Shown here piece by piece: positions 45,019 through 64,000 of a stretch of 64,000 nucleotides of DNA. The translations under genes were made by a program, and so were the position numbers. This DNA is from the human T2T-CHM13v2.0 reference genome, Homo sapiens. The first letter of the stretch is position 1; each line of letters begins with the position of its first letter. Under the pieces are notes generated by a model, which was not told where the DNA came from, did not search any database, and saw nothing but the letters and a program-made list of their open reading frames with translations. Where the stretch lies: NCBI RefSeq assembly GCF_009914755.1, contig NC_060928.1. One strand, written 5' to 3'.

Positions 45019-45431
45019 TGTTATAGATTGGTTATTATTTTCAGTTTCTCCTTCCCGCCCTAGGAAAGTATTATTACATATCCACACCCTTTGCCATGTT
45101 ACTTGGCAGTGCTTCCCACCAGAGAAGTAGGGGAGTATATTTCCCTGCCTCACTGATGTTAGGCTTGGCCGTGTGACCTGTGCAAATGGAATGTCAGCAA
45201 ACATAATATGAACTGAAGCTTTAAATGTGTTTCTGTGATCTGTCCTGCCCTCTTGCACTTCTGCCATCTGTTAGAAGATCATGCCATAGCAACTGTTCTC
45301 AGAATAAGAGACTTTACCCATAGCCTCAAGCCAAGCCACACCACTTGACCTGTAGAGTCATAAGCTGTTGTCTTAAAGTACTGAGACTGAGTTTGTTAAC
45401 CCTCATTATTTCAGCAATAGCTGATCAATAC
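45019..45431 (+). mobile_element. MLT1-type MaLR LTR
   Basis: TTGCCATG..ACTT..CAGTG, CTTGGCC.TGTGAC, CAGCAATAGCTGA..AATACA end. Confidence 0.75.
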
Positions 45432-46170
45432 AGTGTCCCAAGTAGACTCATTTTCTCAACTCTCTAGCAGAAAGTTACCAATGTGCAAGTGGCCCAAGAA
45501 GCCAACAACTTTCTTTTACTCCATCCCCATTGCTTTTCCCCATGCTCTCCTTTCATAGGAGGAAGCTGCTGATTGATTTTTTCTCTTCCAACAGCTGATG
45601 CCCAGGCTTCCCTAGATCAAAACTTGATAAAGGAGATAGTGCTACCTGTTACAGCCTGGAATCTTGTGTGCTTAGTCTTGGCTTCCAATACCTGGAAGCT
45701 AGCGTCTGAGCCTCCTGGATTCTTGGATATATACAAACACTAAAAGTCTTGGCTTTCTTGGAGAGCATCAAACACAAATTTCATTTGGATATTTTACTCA
45801 GGGTCAGATCCTCTCCATCACTGTTTCTCCTAGAATACAACTAATTTCATTTAACTTGTAAGGAATCTATTCCCACCTCTATACTTTCCTCTTCAAGCCT
45901 ATAAAAAGAAAGTAAACAGGGAGAAGGAGAAAGGATGACTCGGTCATGGTGAGTTGGATCTATTCACGAATTTGAAGAATGCTTTGAAGCAAACATAAAA
46001 CATACACTGGGTAGACTATATCCAAGGATCCACATGCATGCACCTTAGTAGAATATAAACTATCATAGCAGTTTGTTTTATTTAAAGGAAATATTATTTC
46101 ATCAACAGAAATAAGAGAATCTGAATGGTATATATAAATCAAGAAACAAATTGAAGCTACTACTTCTTAC

Positions 46171-46318
46171 CTGCTTCAGCAGGGTTCTATTGGTCCCCAG
46201 TTTATGCTGCTCAATGCTTTTTCTCACATAGACTCTTTCCGTAGGAGTCAGGTCTTCTTTCATTAGTGCATGTAGTTCTTTTAACTGTTCACTTTCATTT
46301 TCTGAGCCAGCATGCAAG
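46171..46318 (-). CDS. ZGRF1: ZGRF1 coding exon
   Basis: TAG|C TTG... LHAGSENESEQLKELHALMKEDLTPTERVYVRKSIEQHKLGTNRTLLKQ|GTAAGA; 148 nt. Confidence 0.92.
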
Positions 46319-46393
46319 CTAAAGAATTATATTAAAACACTCCTCTTTATTCCATTTTTCATAACATCACAGTAAAGCAAAATATAGATTTTC

Positions 46394-46903
46394 TTTTTTT
46401 TATTATACTTTAAGTTTTAGGGTACATGTGCACAATGTGCAGGTTTGTTACATATGTATACATGTGCCATGTTGGTGTGCTGCACCCATTAACTCGTCAT
46501 TTAACATTAGGTATATCTCCTAATGCTATCCCTCCCCCCTCCCCCCACCCACAACACGCCCCAGTGTGTGATGTTCCCCTTCCTGTGTCCATGTGTTCTC
46601 ATTGTTCAATTCCCACCTATGAGTGAGAACATGTGGTGTTTGGTTTTTTGTCCTTTCGACAGTTTGCTGATCCCATTACTGGGTATATACCCAAAGGATT
46701 ATAAATCATGCACACGTATGTTTATTGCGGCAGTATTCACAATAGCAAAGACTTGGAACCAAGCCAAATGCCCAACAATGACAGACTGGATTAAGAAAAT
46801 GTGGCACATATACACCATGGAATACTATGCAGCCACAAAAAATGATGAGTTCATGTCCTTTGTAGGGACATGGATGAAGCTGGAAACCATCATTCTCAGC
46901 AAA
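46394..46903 (-). mobile_element. L1PA 3' fragment with 5' inversion (twin priming)
   Basis: 46394-46670 is an L1 3' end on the minus strand, 46671-46903 is the adjoining L1 segment on the plus strand; TSD AGCAAAATA(T/C)AGATTTTCT at 46376-46394 and 46898-46916. Confidence 0.92.
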
Positions 46904-47040
46904 ATACAGATTTTCTAAGTTAACCAAGTAAAGATAAGCCTTTCTCCATTCTTCAAAAATCAAACTTAAGGTAAGAGTGATATAAAAGTACCATACTTCC
47001 CTCTGACCATTCTGTGACTTCTGGAATTTTGCATTCTTAC

Positions 47041-47118
47041 CTATAAGGTAAAATTGGTTTGGCAATCTTCCTAACACTCCCAACTCTGATAAAGTTTTCA
47101 AATCCAAGACTGAGAAGC
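47041..47118 (-). CDS. ZGRF1: ZGRF1 coding exon
   Basis: AAG|G CTT... LLSLGFENFIRVGSVRKIAKPILPY AG|GTAAGA; 78 nt; contains the conserved xRxG of Upf1-like helicases. Confidence 0.92.
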
Positions 47119-48735
47119 CTTTAAATAAGAAAACAATATAGATTCTGATTATTTAGGAAACAGAATATAAAGTTTCATATAATAACTGTTACTACAACTA
47201 ATTTTGTGTAACAGTATATTTTAATTATAAAATTTAATGTGAAATACCTAAACTCAAACAAAGTAAATGCAAGTAGTTGGTTTTTTAAATATAATGCATT
47301 TTCTAGAGAATTTTAAAATACGCATTATTCCATCTTGAAGGCTCACTAAATGTTCATAAAATGCCAATGTTAGTATTTACCACAAATAAAATTGCCTCTA
47401 AAGACATAATATAGAAAGCAATAGCTATCATATACTTAGCACCAAGATTTGTTAGGAAGAGCCTCTTTACATATGTTATACTGTTTAACACTCACTACAG
47501 CTCCAGATGATATCTACTCTTAGAGATGAGGACACAAGCTCAGAGGTGAGGTATCATGATTCAAGCCCAAGCAACTCTGTCTACATCCAAAGGTTATGAC
47601 CTTTCCTCTACATACATTATCCCCCAGTTAGGGCTTTGTGAGGAAGGACCCCTCACCTACACTTCCCTTTTATATATCTTACAGCTCTAGCACTATGCTG
47701 GGAACACAGGTGGAACTCAGTGAATACTCAACCCTCTAAAACTTCTACCACCTCAAAATGGGAATTTAAAGAGCTGGAGAACTAAACTATAGATCTCTAA
47801 AAACAATTTTCCAAAATAATTATGAAACAAACTAGTGTCAATACATGAAAAGATTTCGATTTTCACATTTTTCACAGTCTTCACCCTGAAGAATAATAGC
47901 AACTTAACAGGCTGAAATACTAGTTTACAATTTTTTTTCCAATGCAAGTTTGGTTAAATCTATAATAATAAGGGACGCAGTCTCCTCAAAGTACTATTCA
48001 CCCCATGCTCTTTCATTTCTTCTCAAGAAACTGTTCTATCCATTAATCAATAGGAAAACATTGTCTGTTCAAGCACACAATGAGAAGGTTATTTCAGTGT
48101 GAAGAAATGTACGAAACCAGACTATAAGCAATTGAGGCACAGATCCTAATTAGAGATTCACATTTCTCAGGTTCTTCTCAGAGATTTAAGCATTAAAGAA
48201 TCTCTTTTATAAGTTTCCTGTTAACTTTTAGTATTGAGTACTTACCCTCCCTCCTCATTCTAACTTCTCGTTTTTTTGTTTTCTTTTGTTTTTTAATATT
48301 GTTTTGTTTTCTAACAGTCTACAGTTAAATTTTCACTTTGGGCTAAGCAATCTAAAGTTCCTTCCTGTGTAGTCTCCAGGTAACTCCTCATTGTCTTTAA
48401 TTTAAAAAAAAAACAAAAACAAAAAACAACGTTGTCCTCAGCCACTCTTTTAAATTGCTTATAAGAGTGTGTACTGGAAGAATCTTTCTGAAGGGAAATT
48501 TGAAAAGTATATTTAGAAGCTTAAAAGTTTTCATATTTTTTATTCTAGACTTAGGATTATTTTCCTAAGGAAAGAATCAGAAATGGATACAGAGTTTTAT
48601 GTTTAAGGATCTTTGTCATAATATAATTCATACTGGCAAGAATTTGGAAATAATTTACTGATCAAAAATTGCTTAATGTATGGTATAAGAAAATCATTGA
48701 ATATAATAGAGTTATAAAAAATTACATTTTCTAAG

Positions 48736-50441
<1,706 letters not shown>

Positions 50442-50485
50442 ATATCCCAAAACATTAGCTACTTAAATGCACTTGTCATGCCTAC

Positions 50486-50645
50486 CCAAGAAGTACTCTG
50501 TCAACAGCCACATTAGTAGAAGAAGAAATCAGAAGTTTCCACGGCCTTGCATTTCCAATGGTGGGAGCTTCACTCTTTTCAAACAGCTGTACAAAGAACA
50601 AAATCACCACTGCCAGCAAGTAACTCTTTCCTGCTCCAAACACAC
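50486..50645 (-). CDS. ZGRF1: ZGRF1 coding exon, Walker A (motif I) and motif Ia
   Basis: (G)VFGAGKSYLLAVVILFFVQLFEKSEAPTIGNARPWKLLISSSTNVAVDRVLL GG|GTAGGC; 160 nt. Confidence 0.95.
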
Positions 50646-50692
50646 CTAATTATTTTAAAAGAAGAAAAAAATAAAAAGCATAAAATAAATAA

Positions 50693-54544
<3,852 letters not shown>

Positions 54545-54706
54545 CCTTTTCTCTTTTTAACCACTGACAGAGAATAATGTCATAGTCTGAAAAATAATTA
54601 CAATTTTATTGGCAACATTTATATACTGTACTTTTATTGAATTTTCATATTTACTTCTGATTACCATTTTTTAATACCAATGACTCAAAGGTAAAAAATG
54701 ACTTAC

Positions 54707-54821
54707 GTTGTTAACAGGTACTGTGTTAGAGGTAGAGTAGCTGGATTAAAGTAGTCCTGAATGTTTTTCAAAGTAGTCAGTTCTGTGCTAGCATTACAAA
54801 CCAATAACGCATGGACAACCA
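54707..54821 (-). CDS. ZGRF1: ZGRF1 coding exon
   Basis: CAG|TG GTT... (M)VVHALLVCNASTELTTLKNIQDYFNPATLPLTQYLLT AC|GTAAGT; 115 nt, in frame with both neighbours; missing from the ORF track. Confidence 0.9.
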
Positions 54822-55466
54822 CTGTACAGAGGATGCAGAAAATAAACATTTGATGTAAATAAAATGGACCATAAAAACTCTGTGTTAAATGCCCACATAA
54901 CTCAGAGTTCAGCTACTGAATTAAGCACATGACATAAAACAAACCCTTAAACACACACAGAGATCCCAAACTTATATTCATTAAATTACTATGCTATCTG
55001 CTCATTCATTTTATAATGGGTATGCATAAACTGCATAATTTAAATCATATTTGGACTTCCATATATCAGCAAATGAACAAGAACACCTGTTTTGAGTTAG
55101 TACCTAGTAGCACAACTTCACAGCCAGCAGTTTCCTTTAATCAACATATCACTTGTGCCACAGAGTAGTATTTGTATAATTTTTAAACACTTTCTTGCAT
55201 TTTTTCCTCAATTACTTCACAGAAATATATGGAAAACAGAAAATCAGAATAATCTAATTAGAAAATTAGAACAAAACAATCCCCCACACACCATTCTTCC
55301 TCACAGAAATATCTATATATTCAACTTCATACACATTTTCAGGAACTCACTGTACACAACAGTCGAAACTAGAGTTGGGTCCTTTTTGTTGGCTTTAATC
55401 AAACAGTGCATCTTATGTCTATCATTCTTTTTAAATATAAACTAAAATGAGCATAGTAATACTCAC

Positions 55467-55610
55467 TGTTAGTGGGCCAATTAGAAGGGAAATAGCCTTT
55501 CAAAGGCAGTATTTCTATCTCATTGATAGATGATGGTCCAAAGAAAGCACTACATGCGATAAAAGTATCCAGCTCAAAGTCTAGGGTTTTTGAAACCACC
55601 CAAAGATCAT
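55467..55610 (-). CDS. ZGRF1: ZGRF1 coding exon (first exon inside window; upstream exons lie beyond 64000)
   Basis: TTCAG|AT GAT CTT... (D)DLWVVSKTLDFELDTFIACSAFFGPSSINEIEILPLKGYFPSNWPTN A|GTGAGT; 144 nt, phase fits next exon. Confidence 0.9.
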
Positions 55611-56009
55611 CTGAAAAGACAAACATTTTTAAATATTACACAGACATATACAGTATGGTTTTATATTTTTAGAAATTATATATATTTGCATATGTGTGTA
55701 CATATATCTATAGTACACATATACATACACAAGATGAGAAGTAAAGTTCTGGAAAGATAATTCATCAACTATCAACCTAAAGGTTGGGAGTGCTCTGAAC
55801 AAAAGAACCAGCATCAGATTCTGCAATTAATACAGTACCACTTGAATCACACAGAAAAAGACTAAAGAGATGGCAGAATTACAGGGTGAGGAAGAAGGAG
55901 GGCAGAGACATCACATGGGAAGATGAGTTTGCTACAATGGAAATCCCTAGGTTTTGCATAAACCCACAGAAGGCCTAAGAAGGCAGGACATGGGCTAGCC
56001 CATAAGACT

Positions 56010-56390
56010 ATTTTATTAGTCCGTTCAGGCTGCCATAACAAAATATCTTAAATGAGTAATTTATTAAGATGATTAATATCTTAAATGAGAAATGTATTTC
56101 TCATAGCAGTTCTGGAAGCTAAAAAGCCCAAGATCAAGGTGCCAGCACAGCACCAGTGAATAACCAGTGAAGGCTCATTCTCACTTTGCAGATGGTGCAA
56201 AGGGGCCAAGGCACTCCCTTTAACCTCTCTTATAAGGCCACTAATCCCATGCAGGATTAAGTTATGCAGCGCCCACATGACTTAATCATTGCCCAAAGGC
56301 CCCAGCTCTTAATACACTGGCAATCAAATTTCAAAGTATGTATTTGGCAGTGGGAACGGACGGCAGGGAACACATTTAGACCACAGTAAC
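56010..56390 (-). mobile_element. MaLR LTR (MST/MLT1-like)
   Basis: TATTAGTCCGTTCAGGCTGCCATAACAAAATA...CAGTTCTGGAAGCT...CCAAGATCAAGGTGCCAGCA. Confidence 0.82.
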
Positions 56391-57209
56391 CACTTAACAA
56401 GCTACAAAAAAAAGTAATATTGGACTCAGTTCAGGCTGAGAAAACCAACTGCCAGGGCATCAGCAATTGGAATAGTGCCAAAGATCAGATCAGTAAGGAT
56501 ATTAGCAGTTCTAGCAAGCTGAGAAATAATCACAAAATAGTAATATACTATTCCATTTTCACTAACAAGCTTCTTTCAGGAAAGCTGACCTTCCTCCTCT
56601 CTTGTAACTACTTAGTAATTAGTATGTGAATCTTGTGATATTAAAAGTAGGCACAGAGAAGAACAGGGTTTTTAAAAATGAGAAACGTGTGGAAGCCCTG
56701 AAAGAGAGACTAAACTGGGCAGCGACTAAGATTTCAATACCCAAATGCATCTGAATTTTACTGGACAAAATCTATCAAATTGGATTCATCTTAAATTTTC
56801 TCTGCTGCAAATAGGAATGAGAGATTGAAGTGAAGAAAATAAACTGAAGAGAACCTTAAGACTGAATATATCTAGTAATTATTTAATCATATGCATTTCA
56901 CAACGGTAACCTATAAGGAATGAAAATGAAAGGTATTAAAGTAAGACTTTCACTTTTAACTGTATATATTTCTTTATACCTTCATTTTTCATTGTATATA
57001 TTTATGTATTACTTGTTTAATTTTTTTTCCCCCAAATGCTGGCTTGGAGATTTTTAATTTTTAAAAAATGATCACAAATGCTTAATTTCTAAAAATCCAA
57101 CCACTTCATGAATGTCTTCTATGTGATATACATTTAAAAAATAAAAACATACATAATGTTCCTGCACAAAAGTTTCCTTCGAAGGTCACATTATAAATTC
57201 TTTTTACTG

Positions 57210-58860
<1,651 letters not shown>

Positions 58861-60757
58861 TAAATTTTTTACTTACTGAATTAATAACATAATTCAAAAC
58901 ATGCAAAACAATGCTCAAAAACACTTTTGAATTAAAAAAATAAAGATATAGGGGATTCCTGATTCTGGTGTCATCTAAGATGCTGAATTAGTATGATTGT
59001 TGGCTTCCTTTCTGTGGGGAACAGAGAGAGAAGTGGAGAAAACCATGGAAAACCTCGAGTTGGAGGGCCTGTTTTGTACTGGGGTTTGTGTCCCTGAAGT
59101 GATTTTGGCCAAGGGCAGAAGGCCTGTAGAGGAGGAGGGGATCAAAGAGGGTGGGGAGGCTCTTGGGGTTCTGTTCTTACTTCCCATCCCATCCTCTTCC
59201 CCATCCCCAATTGTACTGGGACAAATAGGGCCTACCCATCCATAAGGCAATTTATACTTCTGGTCCAGAAATCCTCTGGAGGAAAAAAAAAAAAATCAGG
59301 GTAGCAATGCAAGTTCTGTGCCATAAAGTGTGGAGAAAAACAGATGGTAACTCACTGATCACAGGCAGTCTCCACCTCACCTCCAAACTCCTAGGGCTAA
59401 AGAATTCTACAGTCTAAGAAATGATACATCTTAATGTTGCTTTTTCCTTTTAACCAGAGGTTTTAGACTTCACTTTAGGGATTGTTCTGCAGGTAGTTGT
59501 GGTTTTCTGGTGCCTGGGGCTCTCCACCCCATAGCTCATTTACACCCTCAACTCCCTGAGCTCCTTGGAGCTGACCAGATTGGGATGGGCCTTCCCCAAC
59601 ATATACTGCCAGAAAGAAAAGCTCATAACGCCAGGGAAAAATGAGTTCACAGGCCAAAATATTGAGACATTCAAGGAACACAAAGACTTAAAAAAAAAAC
59701 AAAAACTGGACTATAGAATCATATAGAAAAGGGAAAGCCAGAATTGATGGGCAAATAATTTAAATTTGGCCTGATAAAGAGATGTAAAGAGGTAAAGGAA
59801 GATGGTAACAATGTAAAATAATGACAGCCGAGTGCAGTGGCACACAACTGTAGTCCTAGCTACTTGGGAGGCTGAGATGACAGAATTGCTTGAGCCCCAG
59901 AGTTTGAGGCCAGCCTAGGCAAAACAGTGAGGCCTCATCTCAATAAATAAATACATATGCACATACATACAAGAAAACAGGCCAGGCACAATGGCTCACA
60001 CCTATAATCCCAACACTTTAGGAGGCTGAGTCAGGGGGATAACTTAAGCCCACGAGTTCGAGATGTGCCAGGGCAACATAGCAAGACCCCATGGCTACAA
60101 AAAATAAAAACATTAGCTGGGTGTAGTGGCTTGAACCTGTAGTCCCAGCTAGTCAGAACGCTGAGGTGGGAGGATCACTAGGGCCTAGGAGGTCAACGCT
60201 GCAGTGAGCCGTGATTGCTCTACTCCAGCCTGGGTGACAGAGTGAGACCCTGTCTCAAAAATTAAAAAACAAAAACAAACAAACAAAAAAAACAGGAAAA
60301 AGAAATGAACAGAAATATTAGGTTGGAAAAATATAATTGATAAATAGCAGGATGAATACATTTGAGGAATCAATAGCCAATTCAGATAATCATATTGATG
60401 ATATTTCCCAGAAGGAAGAAAGGACAAAAATTCAGGAAATATAAAGGAAAAACTAAGAGATTTGGAAGACAGATTCAGAAGTGCTAATATTTAAATAATA
60501 AAAGACCTAGAAAGGAGGGAAAGAATAAAGAGATAAATAGGAAGCTTATTTGAAGAAATAATGAAGATCCATTTCCCAGAAGTAAAAAAAAGATGATGAA
60601 CTTTAGATTTAAAAGGCCCATAATGTGCCCAAGAGGAGAAACAAGGAAAAACCCAGTTAGACACTGTATAGAGAAATATAAGACTATCAAAGAAATCAAG
60701 AAAATTCTAAAACTCCCAGCCAGAAAGACCACATAACACATAAAGAAATAAGACTCA

Positions 60758-60898
<141 letters not shown>

Positions 60899-60937
60899 CT
60901 AGCCAGGCATAGTGGTGGACACCTGTAATCCCAGCTA

Positions 60938-61045
<108 letters not shown>

Positions 61046-61574
61046 TCAAAAAAAAAAAAAAAAAAAAAAAGCCAGGCGTGGTGGCTCACGCCTGTAATCC
61101 CAGCACTTTGGGAGGCCAAGGCGGGCAGATTACAAGGTCAAGAGATCGAGACCATCCTGGCCAACATGGTGAAACCCTATCTCTACTAAAAATACAAAAA
61201 TTAGCTGTGCATGGTGGTGTGCGCCTGTAGTCCCAGCTAATCAGGAGGCTGAGGAAGGAGAATCACCTCATCATTCAGGAGGCGGAGGTTGCAGTGAGCT
61301 GAGATCACGCCACTGCACTCCAGCCTGGCGACAGAGCAAGACTCCATCTCAGAAAAAAAAATAAAATCACAGTGCCATCAGACTTTCAAACAGTGAATAC
61401 AAGATGATAACTAAGTATATTAAATGTTGGATTAAAATATTTGAAAGTGCTGTTTTTGTAGGTTGAAAGTATTAAAGGAAAAGAACTTAGAACCTAAAAT
61501 TTTATATGTAGCCAAATTATTGTCCAAAGAAAGATAGAAAATAGATCTATACTAACCAAGTGTTTCAAGATTTA

Positions 61575-61841
61575 GACTAGAACTACTCAAAGTAGGCTGT
61601 CCTAAACAGTTTGTTATTGGTCTGTAACAAGAAGCTTGTGCTAGAATATAATCCAATAAATCAACATAATGCTTCCTTCATTCAGAAAGCTTGCTACAAA
61701 TAAAACAAAATACAGCTAAACTAAACAGCATGCTAATGATATAGATGATTTACATTCTGGAGCAGCTCCTCAGCTCTTTTTGGGAACCAGTAAGTTTGTG
61801 GACCAGAACCAGCCTACAGACTCTACCTTGAGTAGCACTAG
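61575..61841. mobile_element. hAT-Charlie-type non-autonomous DNA transposon
   Basis: Terminal inverted repeats CTAGAACTACTCAAAGTAG / CTACCTTGAGTAGCACTAG flanked by TAGA/TCTAGA-type target. Confidence 0.65.
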
Positions 61842-62593
61842 TCTAGATTTTGTCAACTGGGGGCAGGGCGGGCAAGAGTAAGGAAAGGGATCAGGGGAAG
61901 AACCAAGGGATGTGGGTGCTTTCTAAGTATCTGTTTTATTGGGGGCAGGGATAAGATTTAAATATCAATTTATTTTTTAAAAGTAAGAAATTATTTTAAA
62001 AAGCATAGTAAAATTAGAATAAACAAAAATAATTTAAGATTAAAGAAACACATCCAGGTGTCAATTACTATAATAAATTCAACTATCGGGCTTATTCTAT
62101 TTACAAGTCACGTCTTTAAAATTGAGACATATGCTGTTTATAAGGAACACCTGTAAAATATGAAGAAAGAAAGATAAAAAAATGAAAAAAGACTTATGAA
62201 ACTAATACTAGTCAAAATAAACTTAGCATATCTACATTAACAGATAGATTTTTAAGAAAAAATTATTAGAGATGGAAAGGATCATCTCTACATGATGATG
62301 TAAGTTTACCCTGAAGTTAATAATTTAAAACATATATGTACCCAATAAAATAGCCCTAATATATAAGATGCAAAAAGTAATAAATAGCAGACAGAGAGTG
62401 CACCACAGAGGAAGTTTGCAACTCATCTCCCTTAATTACTTAGATAACTGCCACAAAAAGTTAGCAAGACTATATAGAAGATCTGGACAAGACAATTAAT
62501 AAGCTTGATCTGATCATTAAAGAGTTTTGAATTCAACAATTAGAGAAAATGTATTTCTCTTGTACTATGCCATTAAAAAAAAACCTTAATAAT

Positions 62594-62628
62594 ATCACTT
62601 CTCAGTCTTTTGGCTACAATCAAGTGTA
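62594..62628 (+). pseudogene. U2 snRNA 3'-truncated (tailless) retropseudogene, nt 1-35
   Basis: ATCACTTCTCAGTCTTTTGGCTACAATCAAGTGTA, 30/35 identical to U2 5' end; flanked by AAAAACCTTA(A/G)TA direct repeats. Confidence 0.85.
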
Positions 62629-62647
62629 CAAAAACCTTAGTAGGCTA

Positions 62648-62965
<318 letters not shown>

Positions 62966-64000
62966 TTATAAAAATCATAATGTCTACCTATTACATATTT
63001 AAGTCAGAAGTTAACAAAAAGTTCAACTAGAAATTCCTTACATTTTTAATATTAAAACACATGCTAAATGACTCACAGGTTAAAAAAAATCATAATGGAA
63101 AACTTAAAACAAACTGAATTATAATGAAAAAAATACTTCAGCAAAAATAGAGTGGTAGGCCAGGCATGGAGGCTCACATCTGTAAACTCAACACTTTGGG
63201 AGCCCAGGCACGCAGATCACTTGAGGTGAGGAGTTCAAGACCAACCTGGCCACCATGGTGAAACCCTGTCTCTACTAAAAATACAAAAAGTTAGCTGGGT
63301 GTGGTGGTAGGTGCCTGTAGTCCCAGCTACTCGGGAAGCTGAGGCAGGAGAATCACTTGAACCCAGGAGGTGGAGGTTGCAGTGAGCCAAGATTGTGCCA
63401 CTGCACTCAGCCTGGGCAACAGAGCCAGACTGCATTTCAAAAAAAAAAAAAAAGAGTGGTACTTTAAGGAAAACTTACAGCCCTAATAATTATATTAGAG
63501 AAGAGAAAAGCCTCAAAATTAGCTAAGTATCAAGCTTAAGATGTGTAAAAAGAACAGTATACTATCCTAAACAAAATAGAAGAAATCATAAAAATTAGAG
63601 AGGAAGCCAATAACAACAATAAAAACAAAACAAAAATACATTGCTGATCTTCTGATCAATAAAGCCAAGTCAGTTCTTCGAAAACAATAACAAAATAAGA
63701 CAAACCTCAGGCAAGACTGGTCAGAAGAATAAAAACACAAACAATACAATGGTATCAGAGAATATGAATAAATTTAAGATAAAAATATTCAAAACTTCTA
63801 CAGGGAAATTTGCAAAACTTTATTATAAGATGTTACAAACAATTTTTAAATAAACAGAGATACAGCAAGTACATGGTATTAAATCTTAATTTTTTTTTTT
63901 TCTGAGACAAGGTCTCACTATGTTGCCCAGGCTGGTCTCCAAACTCCTGAGCTCAAGCTATCCTCCTGTCTTGGCCTCCCAAAGTGTCGGGATTACAGGC

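Overview
Mammalian (human-like, primate Alu/L1PA-rich) genomic DNA that I recognise as the NEUROG2-ZGRF1 locus (human 4q25 from memory). It contains: (1) the complete proneural bHLH gene NEUROG2 on the minus strand (non-coding exon 1 ~8181-8506, 370-nt intron, single coding exon, CDS 6991-7809, polyA signal 5867-5872), in a CpG-rich, Alu-free ~14.5-kb domain with several motif-dense candidate enhancers; (2) the last 12 coding exons of the Upf1/Sen1-like SF1 helicase gene ZGRF1 on the minus strand (55610 down to stop 31883; I joined them by hand into one open frame, all introns GT-AG); (3) processed pseudogenes of RPL23A (5' half only) and H3-3A/H3F3A, plus a 35-nt U2 snRNA retrocopy; (4) many Alus, L1s, MaLR/ERVL LTRs, DNA transposons, MIR and L2. 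I found no evidence for a new protein-coding system, and most ORF-track entries are Alu/L1 or GC-rich shadow ORFs. The most unusual signals are genome-repair or retrotransposition scars. These are an H3.3 mRNA-L1PA chimera apparently inside one target-site duplication, a ~110-bp locally templated insertion in a Tigger3 copied from a palindrome-rich site 1.6 kb away, a twin-primed inverted L1 carrying a sense polyA signal inside the ZGRF1 helicase core, an 82-bp AluYb-type insertion whose TSD spawned an (AT)n repeat, a near-perfect AluYa5-type insertion, and a U2 plus Alu double insertion at one site. There is also a cluster of three CATATG E-boxes 7 kb upstream of NEUROG2. Repeat subfamily names come from remembered consensus sequences and need RepeatMasker/Dfam confirmation.
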